Below are positions 1 through 15,679 of a stretch of 64,000 bases of DNA, in pieces. A program made the position numbers and the translations under genes. Position 1 is the stretch's first letter. Every line of letters starts with the position of its first letter. The notes under the pieces are model-generated. The model had not been told where the DNA came from. It searched no databases and saw only the letters and a program-made list of their open reading frames with translations. The stretch comes from Camelus dromedarius (taxonomy: Eukaryota): positions 16,990,001 through 17,054,000 of the forward strand of contig NC_087437.1 of assembly GCF_036321535.1 (NCBI RefSeq), given 5' to 3'.

Positions 1-1085
1 TTATATTAAGTAATAATTATAACATTGTATTTCTGGGTCTGTAACATATTTGGGTGCAGTATGTGTAACAAGAATGACACAAAAAAGGGAGGGAAGAAAT
101 GAAACTATATGAGTAAAATTTTTATATTTCTTTAGAATAAATCTGAAGTAAATTTTGGTAAGTGAAGATGTATATTGTAAGTCCTAGAAAAACAATTAAG
201 AAAATAACTAAAAAAAATAATTAAAGATTTCTGAATGAACTAAAACATTACACTAGGATATATCCATTTAATATAAAAGAATAAAAGAGGGAAAAAACAA
301 AGACATGGACATACAGAAAACGAAGTATAATGGAGAGATTGGATTAAAACAGAAAACATGATCTAACTACAGGCATACCTCATTTTATTGTGCTTTTGTT
401 TTACTGCCCTTTGCAGATACTGCGTTTTTTACAAATTGAAGGTTTGTGGTAAATGCACTATCAGATAATGGTTAGCATTTTTAAGCAATGAAGTTTTTTT
501 TTTTTAAATTGAAGTATGGACATTGTTTTATAAGACATAATGCTACTGTATAATAGTCTACAATAGAGTATAAATATAACTTTTATATGCACTGGGAAAC
601 CAAAAATATTGTGTGACTTGCTTTATTACAATATTCGCTTTATTGCAGTGGTCTGGAATTCAACCCACAATATCTCTGAGGTATGCCTGTATATGCTGTC
701 TACAAGAAACACACTTTAGATTCAAAGGCAAAAAGGCAGAAAATAAAATGTAACAGTAACTAAAATGGAGTTAGAGTGTTTACACTAGTATCAGACTTTA
801 TTTTAAGATAAAAATGACTAGAGACAAAGAAGTCATTTTATAGTGATAAATACGAGTCAATCCATCAGGAAGATGTCACAATTATAAACATACATACACC
901 TAACAACAGAGCCTCAAAATACATGAAACAAAAATTGAGAACTCAAAGGAGAAATAACAATTCAATAATAATAGTCAGAGACTTCAATATCCCACTTGCA
1001 GTAATGTATAGAATAAAACAAAAGATCAACAAGAAAATAGAAGACTTGAACAGCATTATAAAGAAAACTATAAGCAAACTGGACC
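1..1085 (+). mobile_element. Old L1 fragment (inter-ORF region and ORF2 endonuclease start), interrupted by a Tigger1 derivative
   Basis: A-rich; remnants such as atatgctgtctacaagaaacacactttaga (ICCLQETHFR-like), cctaacaacagagcctcaaaatacatgaa and gagacttcaatatcccact (DFNIPL-like) are typical of the L1 endonuclease. Confidence 0.75.
370..689 (+). mobile_element. Internally deleted, non-autonomous Tigger1 element (320 bp)
   Basis: TIRs caggcatacctc...gaggtatgcctg, with TA on both sides (368-369, 690-691); both ends match the recalled Tigger1 termini. Confidence 0.85.
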
Positions 1086-1443
1086 TTCAGTCTTCTTGAA
1101 ACAAGTCAAATAACAAAATAAAACAAAATATAAATAATATAAAAGGAGAGAAGAAAGGGTTACACGATGGCTAAGCCAGTGTTTATACACCTTTGAACTA
1201 CAGAATAAATAATTTCAACTTGCTTAATTCAATCTTGCAAATTCTAGGGCACTGAAAGGTAAGAAGTCAAAGAGAACTAGTATAAAAGCTAGAAAGAAAA
1301 CTATAGTACCTTAAAACAAACTAAAATAGCCTGAGTTAGCAATAGTAATTATATCTTGGTGATTAGACTTTTTTCAAAATTTAAACATTTAAAACTACAA
1401 TGATATCATGATAAAAGCCACTTGTCCCACAATGTGCAACTTA

Positions 1444-1596
<153 letters not shown>

Positions 1597-1937
1597 TTAT
1601 TTTTCCAAATAGCTGGTATAGTTACTCAATGGGCTAGAATCTCAAAAACAGTTGGGAAGGCAGGAAGATCATCACTGAAAGTAGTAAAATCTGATAAACT
1701 CAAATGGTAAAATAATGTTAACTTGTATGGTATTTGCATAATACTTAACTTTATTATTTACAATGAAAAATTTTACGTTGTGAAAAATAATAAAAAATGG
1801 CTAAACAGCCACAAAGCTAGGTTCTTAGAGTTGATCATGGTACCAAGCAGCTGTGAGTTTTTGTAAGCTGAAGTTTTCTATCATTCAGTTTTCCATTATA
1901 AAATGAGGCTGGCCAAATCAGCACTGCACAGTATTTC

Positions 1938-4442
1938 TTTTTTCTTTTTATTAAAGTACAGTTGATTTATAATGTTGTGTTAGTTTCTGATATACAGCAA
2001 AGTGGTTTAGTGTTTATAAACATGTATGAAAATAGTTAATAAATAGTTCATATGTATATATATTCTTTTTCAGATTGTTTTCCATTATAGTTTATTACAA
2101 GATAATTAATATAGTTCCCCATGCTAGTAGGACCTTGTTGTTTACCTATTTTATACATAGTAGTTTGTATCTGCTAATCCCAAACTCCTAATTTATCCCC
2201 CTCAGACCCTCTTTACCATTTGGTAACTATAAATTTGTTTTCTATGTTTGTGAGTCTGTTTCTCTTTTGTAAGTAAGTAATTTCTATCATTTTTTAGACT
2301 TCACATATAACTGATATATGATATTTGTCTTTGTCTGACTTACTTCATTCACTTGGTGTGAAAATCTCTAGGTCTATACATGTTGTTGAAAATAGCATTA
2401 TTTAATTTCTTTTTATGGCTGAGTAATATTCCATTGTGTGTGCCTCTCTCTTTCTATATAACAACTTCTTTCCAATCATCTGTTGATTTAGGTTGCTTCC
2501 ATGTCTTGGCTACTGTAAATCGTGCTGCTATAAACACTGGGGTACAAGTTTGTTTTTGAATTAGAGCTTTCTCCCAGTATGCCCAGGTGTGGGATTGCTG
2601 GATCATATGGTAACTCTATTTTCAGTTTCTAAAGTAATCTCCATACTGTTCTGCATAGTGGCTGCACCAACGTACATTCCCAACATTACAGGAGGGTTCC
2701 TTTTCTCCACACTCTCTCCAGCATTTATTAGTTGAAGACTTTTTAATGATGGCCATTCTGACTGGTGTGAGGTGATACCTCATTGTAGTTTTGTTGTGTA
2801 TTTCTCTAATAATTAGCAATATCGAGCATCTTTCCATGCGCCTGTTGGCCATCTGTATGTCTTCTTTGGAGAAATGTCTATTTAGGTCTTCTGCTGATTT
2901 TTTTTTTATTGTGTTTTTTGTTTTACTGTTATTGAGTTGGATGAGCTATTTGTGTATTTTAAGCCCTTGTCAGTCTTATTGCTTGCAAATACTTTCTCCC
3001 TGTCTGTAGGTTGTCTTTTCATTTTGTTGATGGTTTCCTTTGCTGTGCAAAAGCTTGTAAGTTTGATTAGGTCCCGTTTGTTTATTTTTGCTTTTATTTC
3101 TACAGCCTTGGGAGACTGACCTAGGAAAACATTAAGATTTATGTCAGAAAATGTTTTGCCTAAGTTCTCTTCTAGGAGATTTACGGTGTCTTGTCTTATA
3201 CTTGTCTTTAAGCCATTTTGAGTTTATTTTTGTGGATGGTGTAAGGGAGTGTTCTAACTTCAGTGATTTACATGCAGCTTGTACAGCTTCCCCAACACCA
3301 CTTGCTGAAGAGACTGTCTTTTCTTCATTGCATATTCTTGCCTCTTTTGTTGAAGATTAATTGGCCATAGGTGTGTGGGTTTATTTTTGGGCTCTCTATT
3401 CTGTTCCATTGATCCATAACAATACCACACTGCTTTGATTACTGTATCTTTGTAGTATTATCTGAAGTCTGGGAGGGTTATGCCTCCAGCTTTGTTCCCT
3501 TTCCTCAGGATTGCTGTGGCCATTCTTAGTCTCATATGGTTCCATGTAAATTTTAGCAGTATCTGTCCTAGTTCTATGAAAAATGACATGGGTAATTTGA
3601 CAGGAATCACATTGAATTTGTAGATTGCTTTCGGTAATATGGCCATTTTAACAATATTAATTCTTCCAATCCAAGAGCATGGGATAGCTTTCCATTTCTT
3701 TGAATCATAATTTCCTTTTCCTTTATCAATGTTTTATAGTTCCTCCTTGGTCAGGTTTATTCCTAGGTATTTTATCACTTTTTTGATGTGATTTAAAAAA
3801 TGGATTTTCTTTTTTACTTTTCCTTTCTGATATTTCATTGTTAGTATAAATAAATGCAACAGATTTCTGTATGTTAACCTTGTATCCTGCTACCTTGCAG
3901 GATTCATTTATCAGTTCTAGTAGTTTTGTGTGAAGGCTTTAGGGTTCTATATATATGTTCTACATATTATGTCATCCACATATTATGACAGTTTTACCTC
4001 TTCCCTTCCAATATGGATACCTTTTATTTACTTATTTTTTCTTGTCTGATTGCTGTGGTAAGAAGTGGTGAGAGTGGGCATCTTTGTCTTGTTCCAGATT
4101 TTAGCAGGAAGGCTTTCAGCTTTTCATCATTGAGTATTATATCGGCTGTGGGTTTGTCATTAATAGCTTTTATTATATTGAGTTATGGTCCCTCTATACT
4201 TACTTTGGTAAGAGTTTTTATCATGAATGTATGTTGAAATTTATCAATGCTTTTTCTGCACCTATTGAGATGATCATGTTTTTGACTTTTCCTTTGTTGA
4301 TGTGGTGTATTACATTGATTGATTTGCATATGTTGACCCATCCTTGTAACCCTGGGGTGAATCCTACTTGATCATGGTATATGATATCTTTTTTATGTGT
4401 TGTTGGATTTGGTTTGCTAATACTTTTTTTGATAATTTTTGC
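1938..4442 (-). mobile_element. 5'-truncated L1 (~2.5 kb; 3' part of ORF2 and 3' UTR), cetartiodactyl-type
   Basis: T-rich tail near 1938-1950; minus-strand ORF remnants [14 protein letters not shown]...[11 protein letters not shown] (2622..2852) and [19 protein letters not shown]...[10 protein letters not shown] (3458..3646) are L1 ORF2 motifs. Confidence 0.92.
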
Positions 4443-4735
4443 AGTGTTTTTAAAACCTTTGTCTCCCAGGACATTTTCTCACTGACAGACCAGACAAAGA
4501 ATATTTGATTAAAACTCCCCTTTTTTATAAGATGAAAAAAATGGGTGATGTAAATAAGTATTTTTCAAATTAAACAGACCCTTCTAGTGAGATCACTAGA
4601 TTAGATAGTTTCTAAAATTCTTATAACCAGAGAATTCTAAAACTTGTCACTTTAAAAATTAGTCAAATAAATGTTATTTTAGTTAAATTACAGTAAACCA
4701 GATTGTAATAAACCAGTGTTTATTTAGATCACTCA

Positions 4736-4912
<177 letters not shown>

Positions 4913-5469
4913 CTATAGCTAAGAAGTATTTATTTATTATTAGAATAAGTAATATAATTTAAAAGTATTTAAAAGGCATATGGTAAAATATATATCCCTC
5001 CTTGTACTAACTGTAGCTACAGTGTTCCCCTTTTAAGTCACCTACTATTACTACTTTCTTGAGCTCATTTTCATGCTAACTGTGTGATTAAACGCAAACA
5101 AAAATTTCTTTCTTTCTTCCTTCCTTTTTTTTTTTTAACCAAAAAGGAATGCACTTTAGGTTGGGAAAAACAAATATGTTTACAGAAACACAGTATGTAT
5201 TCATAAACATTTATATATTCCTTTTATTGTTTTCACAGGAATGGTAATATATGAAATACAGGGTTCAGAACTTTGTTTTTTTCACTTATTATCTTAGACA
5301 AGAACATTATGTAAGAGAAGACCATTTAGATTTACGGGGTGATTTTTCTCACCCAGTAACAAAATACACAAAAAAGTTCTTAAACTGAGTGGAGGGGTTT
5401 TTATAACTTACATACACATTACGTATATTGTGTCAAAATAACAACAAAAACAAAACCCTGGAGTACTAA

Positions 5470-5880
5470 AGAATATAAAAGCAATCACCATTCTGCCACC
5501 AAAGTTAGACACTTACATGCATTTGTATACATTTGTCTTCCCTATTATGAGAGATGAACAGTTCAAGCTCTCATCTAAAGCCACTCCTTCTGTATATACT
5601 GAATCTCAGTATCTTTTACCTACTCAGTAATTTTGCTCCTGTACTACCACTTTCTCCTGCATCATTAACTACTCCTTCTCTGTTACATGCATGCATCTTA
5701 AAAAGCAAACAACCGTAACTTCTCAACTCCATCTCCTCTGCCAGCTACCAATGCATTTTTCCCATTCTCTTCATGGCAAAGATCCTGAGAAGCATTGTTT
5801 ACATTTGTTTTCTTCACTTCCTCATCTCCCAGTCTCTCAGTTAACTCTAATCACACCACTTCATTGAAATAGCTCTTGTC
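5470..5880 (+). mobile_element. Probable L2 fragment
   Basis: Pyrimidine-rich decayed L2-like text (caaagatcctgagaagcattgtttac...caccacttcattgaaatagctcttg). Confidence 0.5.
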
Positions 5881-6049
5881 TTCTACTATGTCGTCTACCT
5901 TTTTGGTTTTCTTTAGCATTAGATTGGCCTGAAGTACTGTGCCATGATTGGAAACTGCACTTCTTCCAGAGATTTTCAAATTTATTGACAGGTAATTGTT
6001 TATAAATTCTTAAACTTTAAAATGTTTTTACAGATAATTGTAAATAGCC

Positions 6050-7330
6050 TTAAACTTTAAAAATGAATAGAAAGAATACATTTCACTGTACAAGATTCAA
6101 AGAATATCAAAGTAAAAGTTCTCTTTTCTCTTTCCCACTATATAGCATCTTCTCTCCAAAGGTAAACAATGCTAAAGTTTAAAAGTCTTCTAGATCAATT
6201 TAGATATATTAATATAAAGTTTTAATTTTTACATAAATGGTACTGTACTACATATTTTGTCCTGAAACTTACTACTTTTCACTTACTATTTTGTCTTAAA
6301 AATCTTTTAGCTACTTCAAAGTATCAATTCATTTAATCATTTCTCTGTTGATGGACATTTAGATTACTTCCAATTTTGCAATATAACAAAGAATGCTGCA
6401 GTAAAACATTTTTTACATATACATCTTTGTGCAAACCTGCATGTATCTACGTAGATACCTAAGTAGCAAAAAAACTGGTTTGAAGGGAATGTAGATCTTA
6501 AATTTTGAAATATGTTGCCAAATTATATTCCAAGAAGGTAAGAGCAATTGTTTTCACAAGGGACCTTTTCTTGCCACATTTTAACAATCACTGGTATTAT
6601 CAATCATTCACCAATCTGTTCAGCAGTAATAATAAATGTCTCCTTGTTTCAATGTGTATTACATTAATTAATGAAGTTATGCTTCTTCTCATATGTTTAC
6701 TGGTTTTTAAGACTTCCTCTTCTAAAAAGTGGCTTTCCATTTGCTTACTTTTGTATGATGTTTATTCACCTTTGTTACTGATTTGTAGGATTTGTGATAT
6801 ATGATTAAAAATATTTTCCCACAATCTGTCATTTGTTTTTTCATTTTGTTCAGAGTGCTGATAGATGTTTGTATCTATTAAAGTTTATGTATATCATCAA
6901 TTTTTTTATTTTGTGGCTTCTCTCCTTAGTGAAGAGTTCTCTACTCCAGGATATAAATATATCCTTTTATTTTCTTATAAACTTTTAATTTTTTAACATT
7001 TATATATAATCCACCTAGTAGTTAAGTTGGGTACATGTTAGGTAGGGTTACAAAGTTATTTTTCCAAACATACTGTCAATGGACCCATCACCATTTTTTT
7101 AAATAGGCCCAAACCTTTCCCCACTGATTTGAAATCAGACCTTTATCATAGAACTAAATATATACATACATATCTATAGCCATCCTCCCCAACCCCACTA
7201 ATCTTTATATTAACACTAGGCATTTACTAGGAATCCTTTTAGGCAATATATGTGACATATTTTCTTATTTGGATACTACTGTTGCCCCTTCTGTCATTAA
7301 ACACTTTTAAAATGCATTTTTATATTTTTC
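6050..7330 (-). mobile_element. Old L1 (L1M-type) fragment
   Basis: gttgatggacatttagattacttccaattt, atgttgccaaattatattcc and ccatcaccattt...ccccactgatttgaaat are typical antisense L1 ORF2/3' sequence. Confidence 0.65.
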
Positions 7331-7404
7331 TTTTAAAATGGTTACTTTTTAATATCCACTTTGGCATTTCATCTGGTCTAAGAGTAGACCACCTTAGGAT
7401 TTCA

Positions 7405-7752
<348 letters not shown>

Positions 7753-8949
7753 TCATGAGGTAAAGAATAGGTTAGTGAAAGAAATGGAAAGGTGAGTACA
7801 CGGGTGTTTAATTTTTCATCTTAAACCTAATGAGGTTAAAAAGGTATTGTCTAAAATTAAAGAATACACATTTGGTATTTAAGATTATGAAATAAATAAT
7901 AAAAAACCCAAGAAACTAGGAATTTCGAGAGAAGAGGAAGTAATACAGGTGAATAAAATTCCTCATTCTTTACAACATGGATTGAACAGTCACCATTTAA
8001 AAGGTAACAAATCAAGAAACAGAACTTTGATAGCAACTTCTGGAAAAACTAAGACCAGACAGTTAAAATTGCTTCCTTCTGGGGAGTGGGCCTAAATAAG
8101 GGGAAGGGCAGATTAGAGTAACAGACTTAACTTTTCATTTAATACTTTTGCATACTATCTCATTTCCCCCCACAACATGGCCTATATTATACTATTACAA
8201 TATAAAAAGTAAAAACACCGACTTCGATAGTGATTGAGAATGATTCAACTAATTTCTTTATAACTCAAATTTTTGACATAGAATTTAAAGAATTTTCCTT
8301 GTGAGTAAGTAATTAGGAGAAACTTTATTTGAAACCATTAAACCTGGATGTTATTTCCAAGGTAAAGCCTAAAACCTATAACCTATGTAAAGATGTGACT
8401 ATATTAGCCTGACCCTGGATTTTTATAATATTCAAAAAGATGAGTATGCTTCCATGATGTGATGCGTGAAAAAAAGAAAATATCTCAAAAGAATCATCCT
8501 TTTGGTACAATTAAAAATTATCTCAATGCAGAAAAAAAGAGAAAGATATATGCAAGCACTAAAGTGGTCAACAGGCAGATCAACAATAAATTCAGAGTTT
8601 TAATGATCACATAAAGAAGTGAGGCAAAAAGCCAAACAGCCAAGAATATATAACAAAGAGCTGTAAACAACTATTAAAATGCAAACAAAAAGATTAAAGT
8701 GTATAATGAACAAAGATGTGTAAAAATTGCAAAGGATGATAAAAGGTTTGGATAAAGCTCATTTCTTGAAACCAATGCAGTATTGTCAAGGAATGATAAG
8801 GAAAAAAACTCGGTAAAGCTCATACTCATCCAACCAAACCCTGTTTAGACTTCTGGAAGCCTTCTCTGGTTGCTCACTTAAGTCAGTCTCTCTCTCTGTT
8901 GCTTGCTTTGTAATTTGTACATCTATCACTACAATAATCATGCTGAGGC

Positions 8950-9195
8950 TCTATGGTCCAGTGCAAAGAGCTCAGCTTTAAAGCTAGACAACTTAAAATC
9001 AGATGCCAGTTTTTGCTCCTTTAATAGTAGCGTGACCTTGGAAAGTTATTTAATCTCACTGAGCTTTAATTTCCTTATCCGTAAATATTTTTTCCTACCT
9101 CCCAGGGTTACTGTAATCAACAAAGTAATGTAAAAACCTTAGAACAGTATCTCAAATATAAATGGCATAACACATAGGCAGCTATTCATTATTAG
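8950..9195 (+). mobile_element. MIR SINE
   Basis: Core motif gtgaccttggaaagttatttaatctcactgagctttaatttccttatccgtaaa. Confidence 0.7.
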
Positions 9196-10476
9196 AAAGT
9201 TTCATTTTATTATGTTTACATATCAGTTTCTCTGTTAATCTGTAACCTCCTTAGCGCAGAAATCATGCCTTAATTCTCTTGCTACTAACACAGTGCTCAT
9301 CACATTGCAATTGTTCAGCAAAATATGATGAATGTTACCATGTCATAACTAGAATTGTTATTTCACTTATTATTGCCTAAACATAAATAAATATACAAGT
9401 GAATCAGTAACATACACAATATTCTGAACAGAAATAAAATACTGTCTCTGACATGAGAACAAGGTAAAAATACATAAACTGAGAAGTGTGCCTATTAGGC
9501 TATATCATAAAGATTTTTGAGCACTGGTTTTTTTGAGGTTCAGGAACAAAATGGAGCTCATGGAAAGGAACACAGTCAGGAAGGTGAGTACCTACCAAAA
9601 ATCCTGTCATATGAAGAATGGTTTGAAACCCTTTGACATCTCCTTACTTCTCTCAGGAAAAAATTCCTAATTTCTCACACAGCACATAAGGTCTAACCTG
9701 TCAGCTTCTTTAAATATTGTCTCTGATTCCATTCTCATAAACAATCTACGTTCCTATACCAAATTACCTGCATTTCCCCTACAATTCCTATTCCTTTGTG
9801 TCTTCATATGTGAGGTTCAACCTGCCTACATATCCTCTCACTACTTCTTTGCTTGACTGACTAATTTATGTTTATTACCTCAGACTTAGTTCAGAAGTCA
9901 CTTCTAAGCAGTTTTCATTAATCCTCATATTTCTTAAAAGTTGGGTATCTGATTTACATATTTTCAGGAATCCCTATAGATACCTCGATTACACTGCATA
10001 AATGCAATTATCTAATTATTTGACTATCTCCAGCTTTAGACCACTTTGAAGCAGGAAGTTAAAAAAATCTTTGTAACTTTAGTGCCTCGCAGGTGGCATG
10101 GTACACAGTAGGCATACTTATAAATCTATCTGAAGAGATGTCTTAGGGAAGATAGATTAGCTTTCTTCCATAAGAAGAGTCCATGGCCTCATGAAAGTAA
10201 AAAGGCATTCTTTCATATAAATATAAGGAACTCCTACCTTATGGAATTGATATAATGGTACAGAGTGATAAAAAGTTATATAAAATAAGAGAAATTTTAA
10301 ATATATCAAAACATCAATAAATCACAGGTAAACGCTGCGAATTTTAGCTTACGTCATCATCCTTTCATTTTTAATTGAAAACTTATCTGCCACTTAGGTG
10401 GAAGAAGAAAAATAAGAATATGAAACTATATTATCTTAATAAATACCCTTACCCATAAAAAAAGAATATGAAACTA

Positions 10477-10641
<165 letters not shown>

Positions 10642-12306
10642 TTATGAACTATGGCCCTTTATCCAAATGATCTACGTAATAAAAACCCAGCTTATAACTT
10701 TACAAATAGATACAATTCAATGTTAGAAGGGATAAAAACTCTGAGTTCTACTGATTATTTTATGGTACTATATTTAGTCACGCATTTCTTAAACACTTAG
10801 TGGGCACTAAGGTTCCTATATTCTAGGAGGCTGTCGTAACAAAGACTGAGTAAGATAAGCAAACCATATATAGATTTTTTTCTGATACTTTTGTCATAAT
10901 ATTGTTGTCTGTTTACCTTAAAAATGCTGTCTTTTCGTTTTCAATATTCCTTATGTGCTAATATATTTCCACAGAAAAGAAATTTCTGGAAATTTTTAAG
11001 ACATAGCGGGAAAGTTTTCTTTTAGATAAATATACAGGGAGTAATGGAAACTACATGGAGAAGTTAGTTTTCAGTTCTTGTCCTAAACATGGTTACAACT
11101 GTAAGCTGAGAAATGAAGTATATTTTGTAAACCATGTTATGTACATATACATTTTTTAAAAACACTTTATCAAATACTTTCAAAACAAGTAGTGTTTATT
11201 CCTCATTTTAAAGATTCTCAGGCACTCTTGCTTTATTTGTTTCTAATCCTAAGAAGATTTTATCGTTTGAGGCCTTGTGGAGAAATTTAACACATTTGCT
11301 TCAGGCTCTGTATTGACCCTCTTATGTCTTGGCCCGCCTTTTATTAGGGACAGTGTTCTTTTCTTCCCTTCTTCACATGTGTATATATTCATTAAAAAAT
11401 TACTCTCAACTTCTCTCTTCCTTTTCTACTAACTGGTCCTGCTGTGAAGTATTAATGCTTTGAGAAGTTAGAAATCTGTTTGCTTAAGACAAGTAGCAGG
11501 TAAATTTGATCTCCTGAGATTAATATGGACTCATAATAAAGACACTTTGTTTCACAGTCCGGTATCTTCTAAAATGTCCTGTAGAAGAACATTCTAATAG
11601 CACCAAATAGATCTGTAAATCTGATAGGTCACACATCTTACTTTACAGAGCTTCAATATTCTATTTCACAAATAACCCATTCTATATAATATTTATATCC
11701 AGTCTAATTTTGTTAAGCTTTCATTCTGCAGGCTCAGCACAATTTTGACTGATGAGTTTGAAAACATTCTTTTAGCACTTAATATCTTAGAGTCATATTT
11801 TGTTAACTTCAGTAATGTATGATGGCCACTCACAAACAGAAAGGAACTCACTCTCTTCAGAAAAACTGTAAACCTGGATGTAGCTCAATTAGAAAAAACA
11901 TCTATCCTACATACACATTTTACACATGTGGGAAACGACAAATGTGCACAATTATTCACTAGAGCATAGTTTTTAATGGCAGATTGGAAACTAGCCAAAT
12001 GTCACTCAATATGAGATGAATAATATAAATTAAGCTGTATTTAAACAAAAAAAATACTATGTGGCTGTTAGAATAAGGGAGTTCTGTATATAGTGATGTG
12101 GTAAGACCTCTAAGGTACTATGTTAAAGGAGAGATACTTCACTGTGTATATTTTTATTCTTGTTGGTTTCTGAACTACATGAATGTATTATTAACTTATT
12201 TTTCACAAGAGAAATTTTAGTACATTTTAGGATTGAATTTGAATGTTTTTCTTTTATCTTTTGGAGTTGGTAAAACAAAATCAACATTGATAAGATGACA
12301 GCTTCA

Positions 12307-12504
<198 letters not shown>

Positions 12505-14355
12505 TCATTAGTAAAACATTGTACAAATATAGCTATAACTACAAATAGATGCTAATGAAAATATATTAAATTACATACGGTTCATTAACAGTATCATAAT
12601 AGAAATCCTGAGTACTTAAATTGTAGCTACTTAATTTTCAAACATAATAAAATTATTTTTCTCATTGCACACTAGTCATATTTAAGACTCCCCACTCTCC
12701 TAAATAGAACCTATTTCTTTCACTTGGCTGTATTAAAATAGTTTAGAGGTTTTGACTTAAACTTAGAAAAAATGAGTTAAACTCAACTCTGGAAACACAA
12801 AATTGAAATAATGAATTAATCACAGGTTAGAAATCAATCATATACTGCTTAATCAAAAAATAACCATAAATCTTAAGACAAACTGTCTAATTCAACAAAT
12901 TACAATGTAGTACTTTAAATCTGTAAGGTACTATTTTGGATTCTTCTGAAAAAATCTAATGTAAAACAAAATTTGGAACAGTAGGTTAAAACTGAATTCA
13001 AGATCATTCACATTAAGAATCAGTAACTAAAAGCTTCCCAAGAAATGTTATTGCATATAGTAACTTTCAGTACATATCCCCATAGAGAAAAGTATGATTA
13101 TGTTCTAAATTTATCCTATTAAATGGATGTTATAAAATAAACCTGTGCCATCAATTTACTGAAATTGAAAGATTTTCTTATGGAATAAATGAGGGCTTTG
13201 ATACCTCAAAACAATCCACTCATTTCCCTCTAAAAATTTATTCTATGGGAAAACACAATTTTGGTATGTATTTGAAGATGGTATGTAATACGTGGCTGTT
13301 CACCTTCAGCGAGAATCATGGCAGTTCATGCTCTAAGTACACGATCATGAATACATAAATTTAGAGTCACTTGAAAAGAGGAGAGCATAAAGGGATCCAG
13401 AGAAATATATTTTTTTAAACTGAGGCTGTACTTCTGGATGTCACCAAACAGTGACGATGCAGAAACACAAGTTTTTGGTTTAAATGTGCTGAGCTAGGTA
13501 CTTTGAGACAGCGCTGGTTGAGTTCAAAATGTTCAGAGAATAAGGTTTAGGAAAGACCATCTCTGCTTAATAAAGAAAACTTAATAAAGAAAAGACCTGT
13601 GATAATCTATTTGTAAGAAGAGACAGCAAAGGGTAAGTGCTATTGTACTAACTAGATACACACTGTTTTTCTAGCCCAACATCATAATAAAATATAGAAC
13701 GGAAAGGGTAAATCTGTTTTATATAAAAGTACTTCCTAATAGAATAGTATATTTAAATTGTTTACAAAATTACGTCATGAAAATGATACCGCTTTGGGCT
13801 CCACTTTGACTCTCTTTGGACTACACCCCTCCCCAAGGAGTGAGGAAGCAGTCTGTTGGACCAATGGAATTTGCTCACCTGCATCCCTACTTCTACACCA
13901 CTGTCCAGGCATAGGGATTCAGGAATTCCTTGCCTTAACAGACCTGATTCTGCTCTCAGAGGCTGCACAGGCCTCTCCCTTAGGCACTCTGCATCCCCCG
14001 TGTGTACTCCTAGGCCCCAGTGTAGTCAAGGAGCAGCTGTTTGAGGGAGTGATGCTGACAGAGTTTGGACAGGTGGGCTGAACTGTTCACATGTGACATG
14101 TGGGCAGTTCCTCCTGGTGTGGGAAAAGAGCTAAAGGTGAGATGAGAAGAAGGCAGGCCACATGACAGCTCCCCAACCCTCCAAATTCTGGCACAGAAGT
14201 CTTAGAAATCAAGAATTCTACATCTGAACCTGGGCTTCCAGGCCATTATGACAGTATACTTGTCAAGGTACAAAGACTTATAACACGTTTGTTAGCTGCT
14301 TTATAATTTAAATATTTAGATATCTATACTCTTGTCCCAGGTCCCAAAAATGTTA

Positions 14356-14649
<294 letters not shown>

Positions 14650-15679
14650 TTAGCTTCTTGTTAAGGAAATTCATAAAACCAAATTCACTGTTGGGAACCA
14701 AGTCATACAGTTATTTCCTAGTTCTCCTAATGGAAGGGTCAGCGAAACTAATAATCCCAAATAGTTCTATTTAGCTTTGGAATGCTCAGTATGATTTCCT
14801 CCAACATATTTTCCTTTATAAATATGGTTTACTTAGGCTGATACTAAAATTGTTAGTCATTCCTATAACAAATACTAGCTGGTAGTAGAGTGAGGGAGCA
14901 TGCTGAAAAAATCAATTAAGCAACAAACGTGTACTGAATTTCTCTCATGTTCTCAGCACTCTGCAAAATGTCTAGGGGAAAAAGAACTTTAAGATAGTGT
15001 CCATGTCCTCAAAGAGTTAACATCTTAGTAGGGAGTTAGACCAATTAGAGTAATTAAGTGTTCAATTATTTTGTATTAACTCTAACGGTAGCAGACAGAG
15101 CCGAGCTGGAGGGAGCTTCATAGAAGATAATTTTTCATGTAAGGTGAGTGAATAGGATTTAATTAGATGGCCATATAATATTTGATATGAAACATCTGAA
15201 AAGTATAAAAGGAAATTTAAATTTATTAAGCATCTATAATGTGCCAGGTACTGGTTTGAGGACTGTTATATTAATTTATTATTTACATTGATTAGAAGTA
15301 GTTATTATTAGCAAGGGTTTGAAACCAGGACTGATTGATATCAGAGCTCTTATTCTTCTCATTGACTAATGACCAAGATGCCGGCAGGTAATTCAGTATT
15401 ATATTCATATTTAAAACAATAATGAAGAGTAATTAAATGAGCACAGGCTGATGTAGAAATCACTTTTAAAAAGTACTCTATGAAACTAAAATTTAAGCTA
15501 CTCTATTTTGTACAGATGACAGTACTTAATTCTTTTTGGGATCTTTACACCCCAAATAATGATACTTAAAAATTATAAATATATCCTCTAACTAAAATTA
15601 GTGCAGTATTCAGAAGAAGGAATAAGCTTATATTGTGCAGAGTAGTAAAAAGGACACTGCCTGCAGAACTTTTAATGTT

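Noticed and set aside
2622..4237. Cluster of 60-76 aa ORFs
   Set aside because: Broken L1 ORF2 remnants and their antisense frames.
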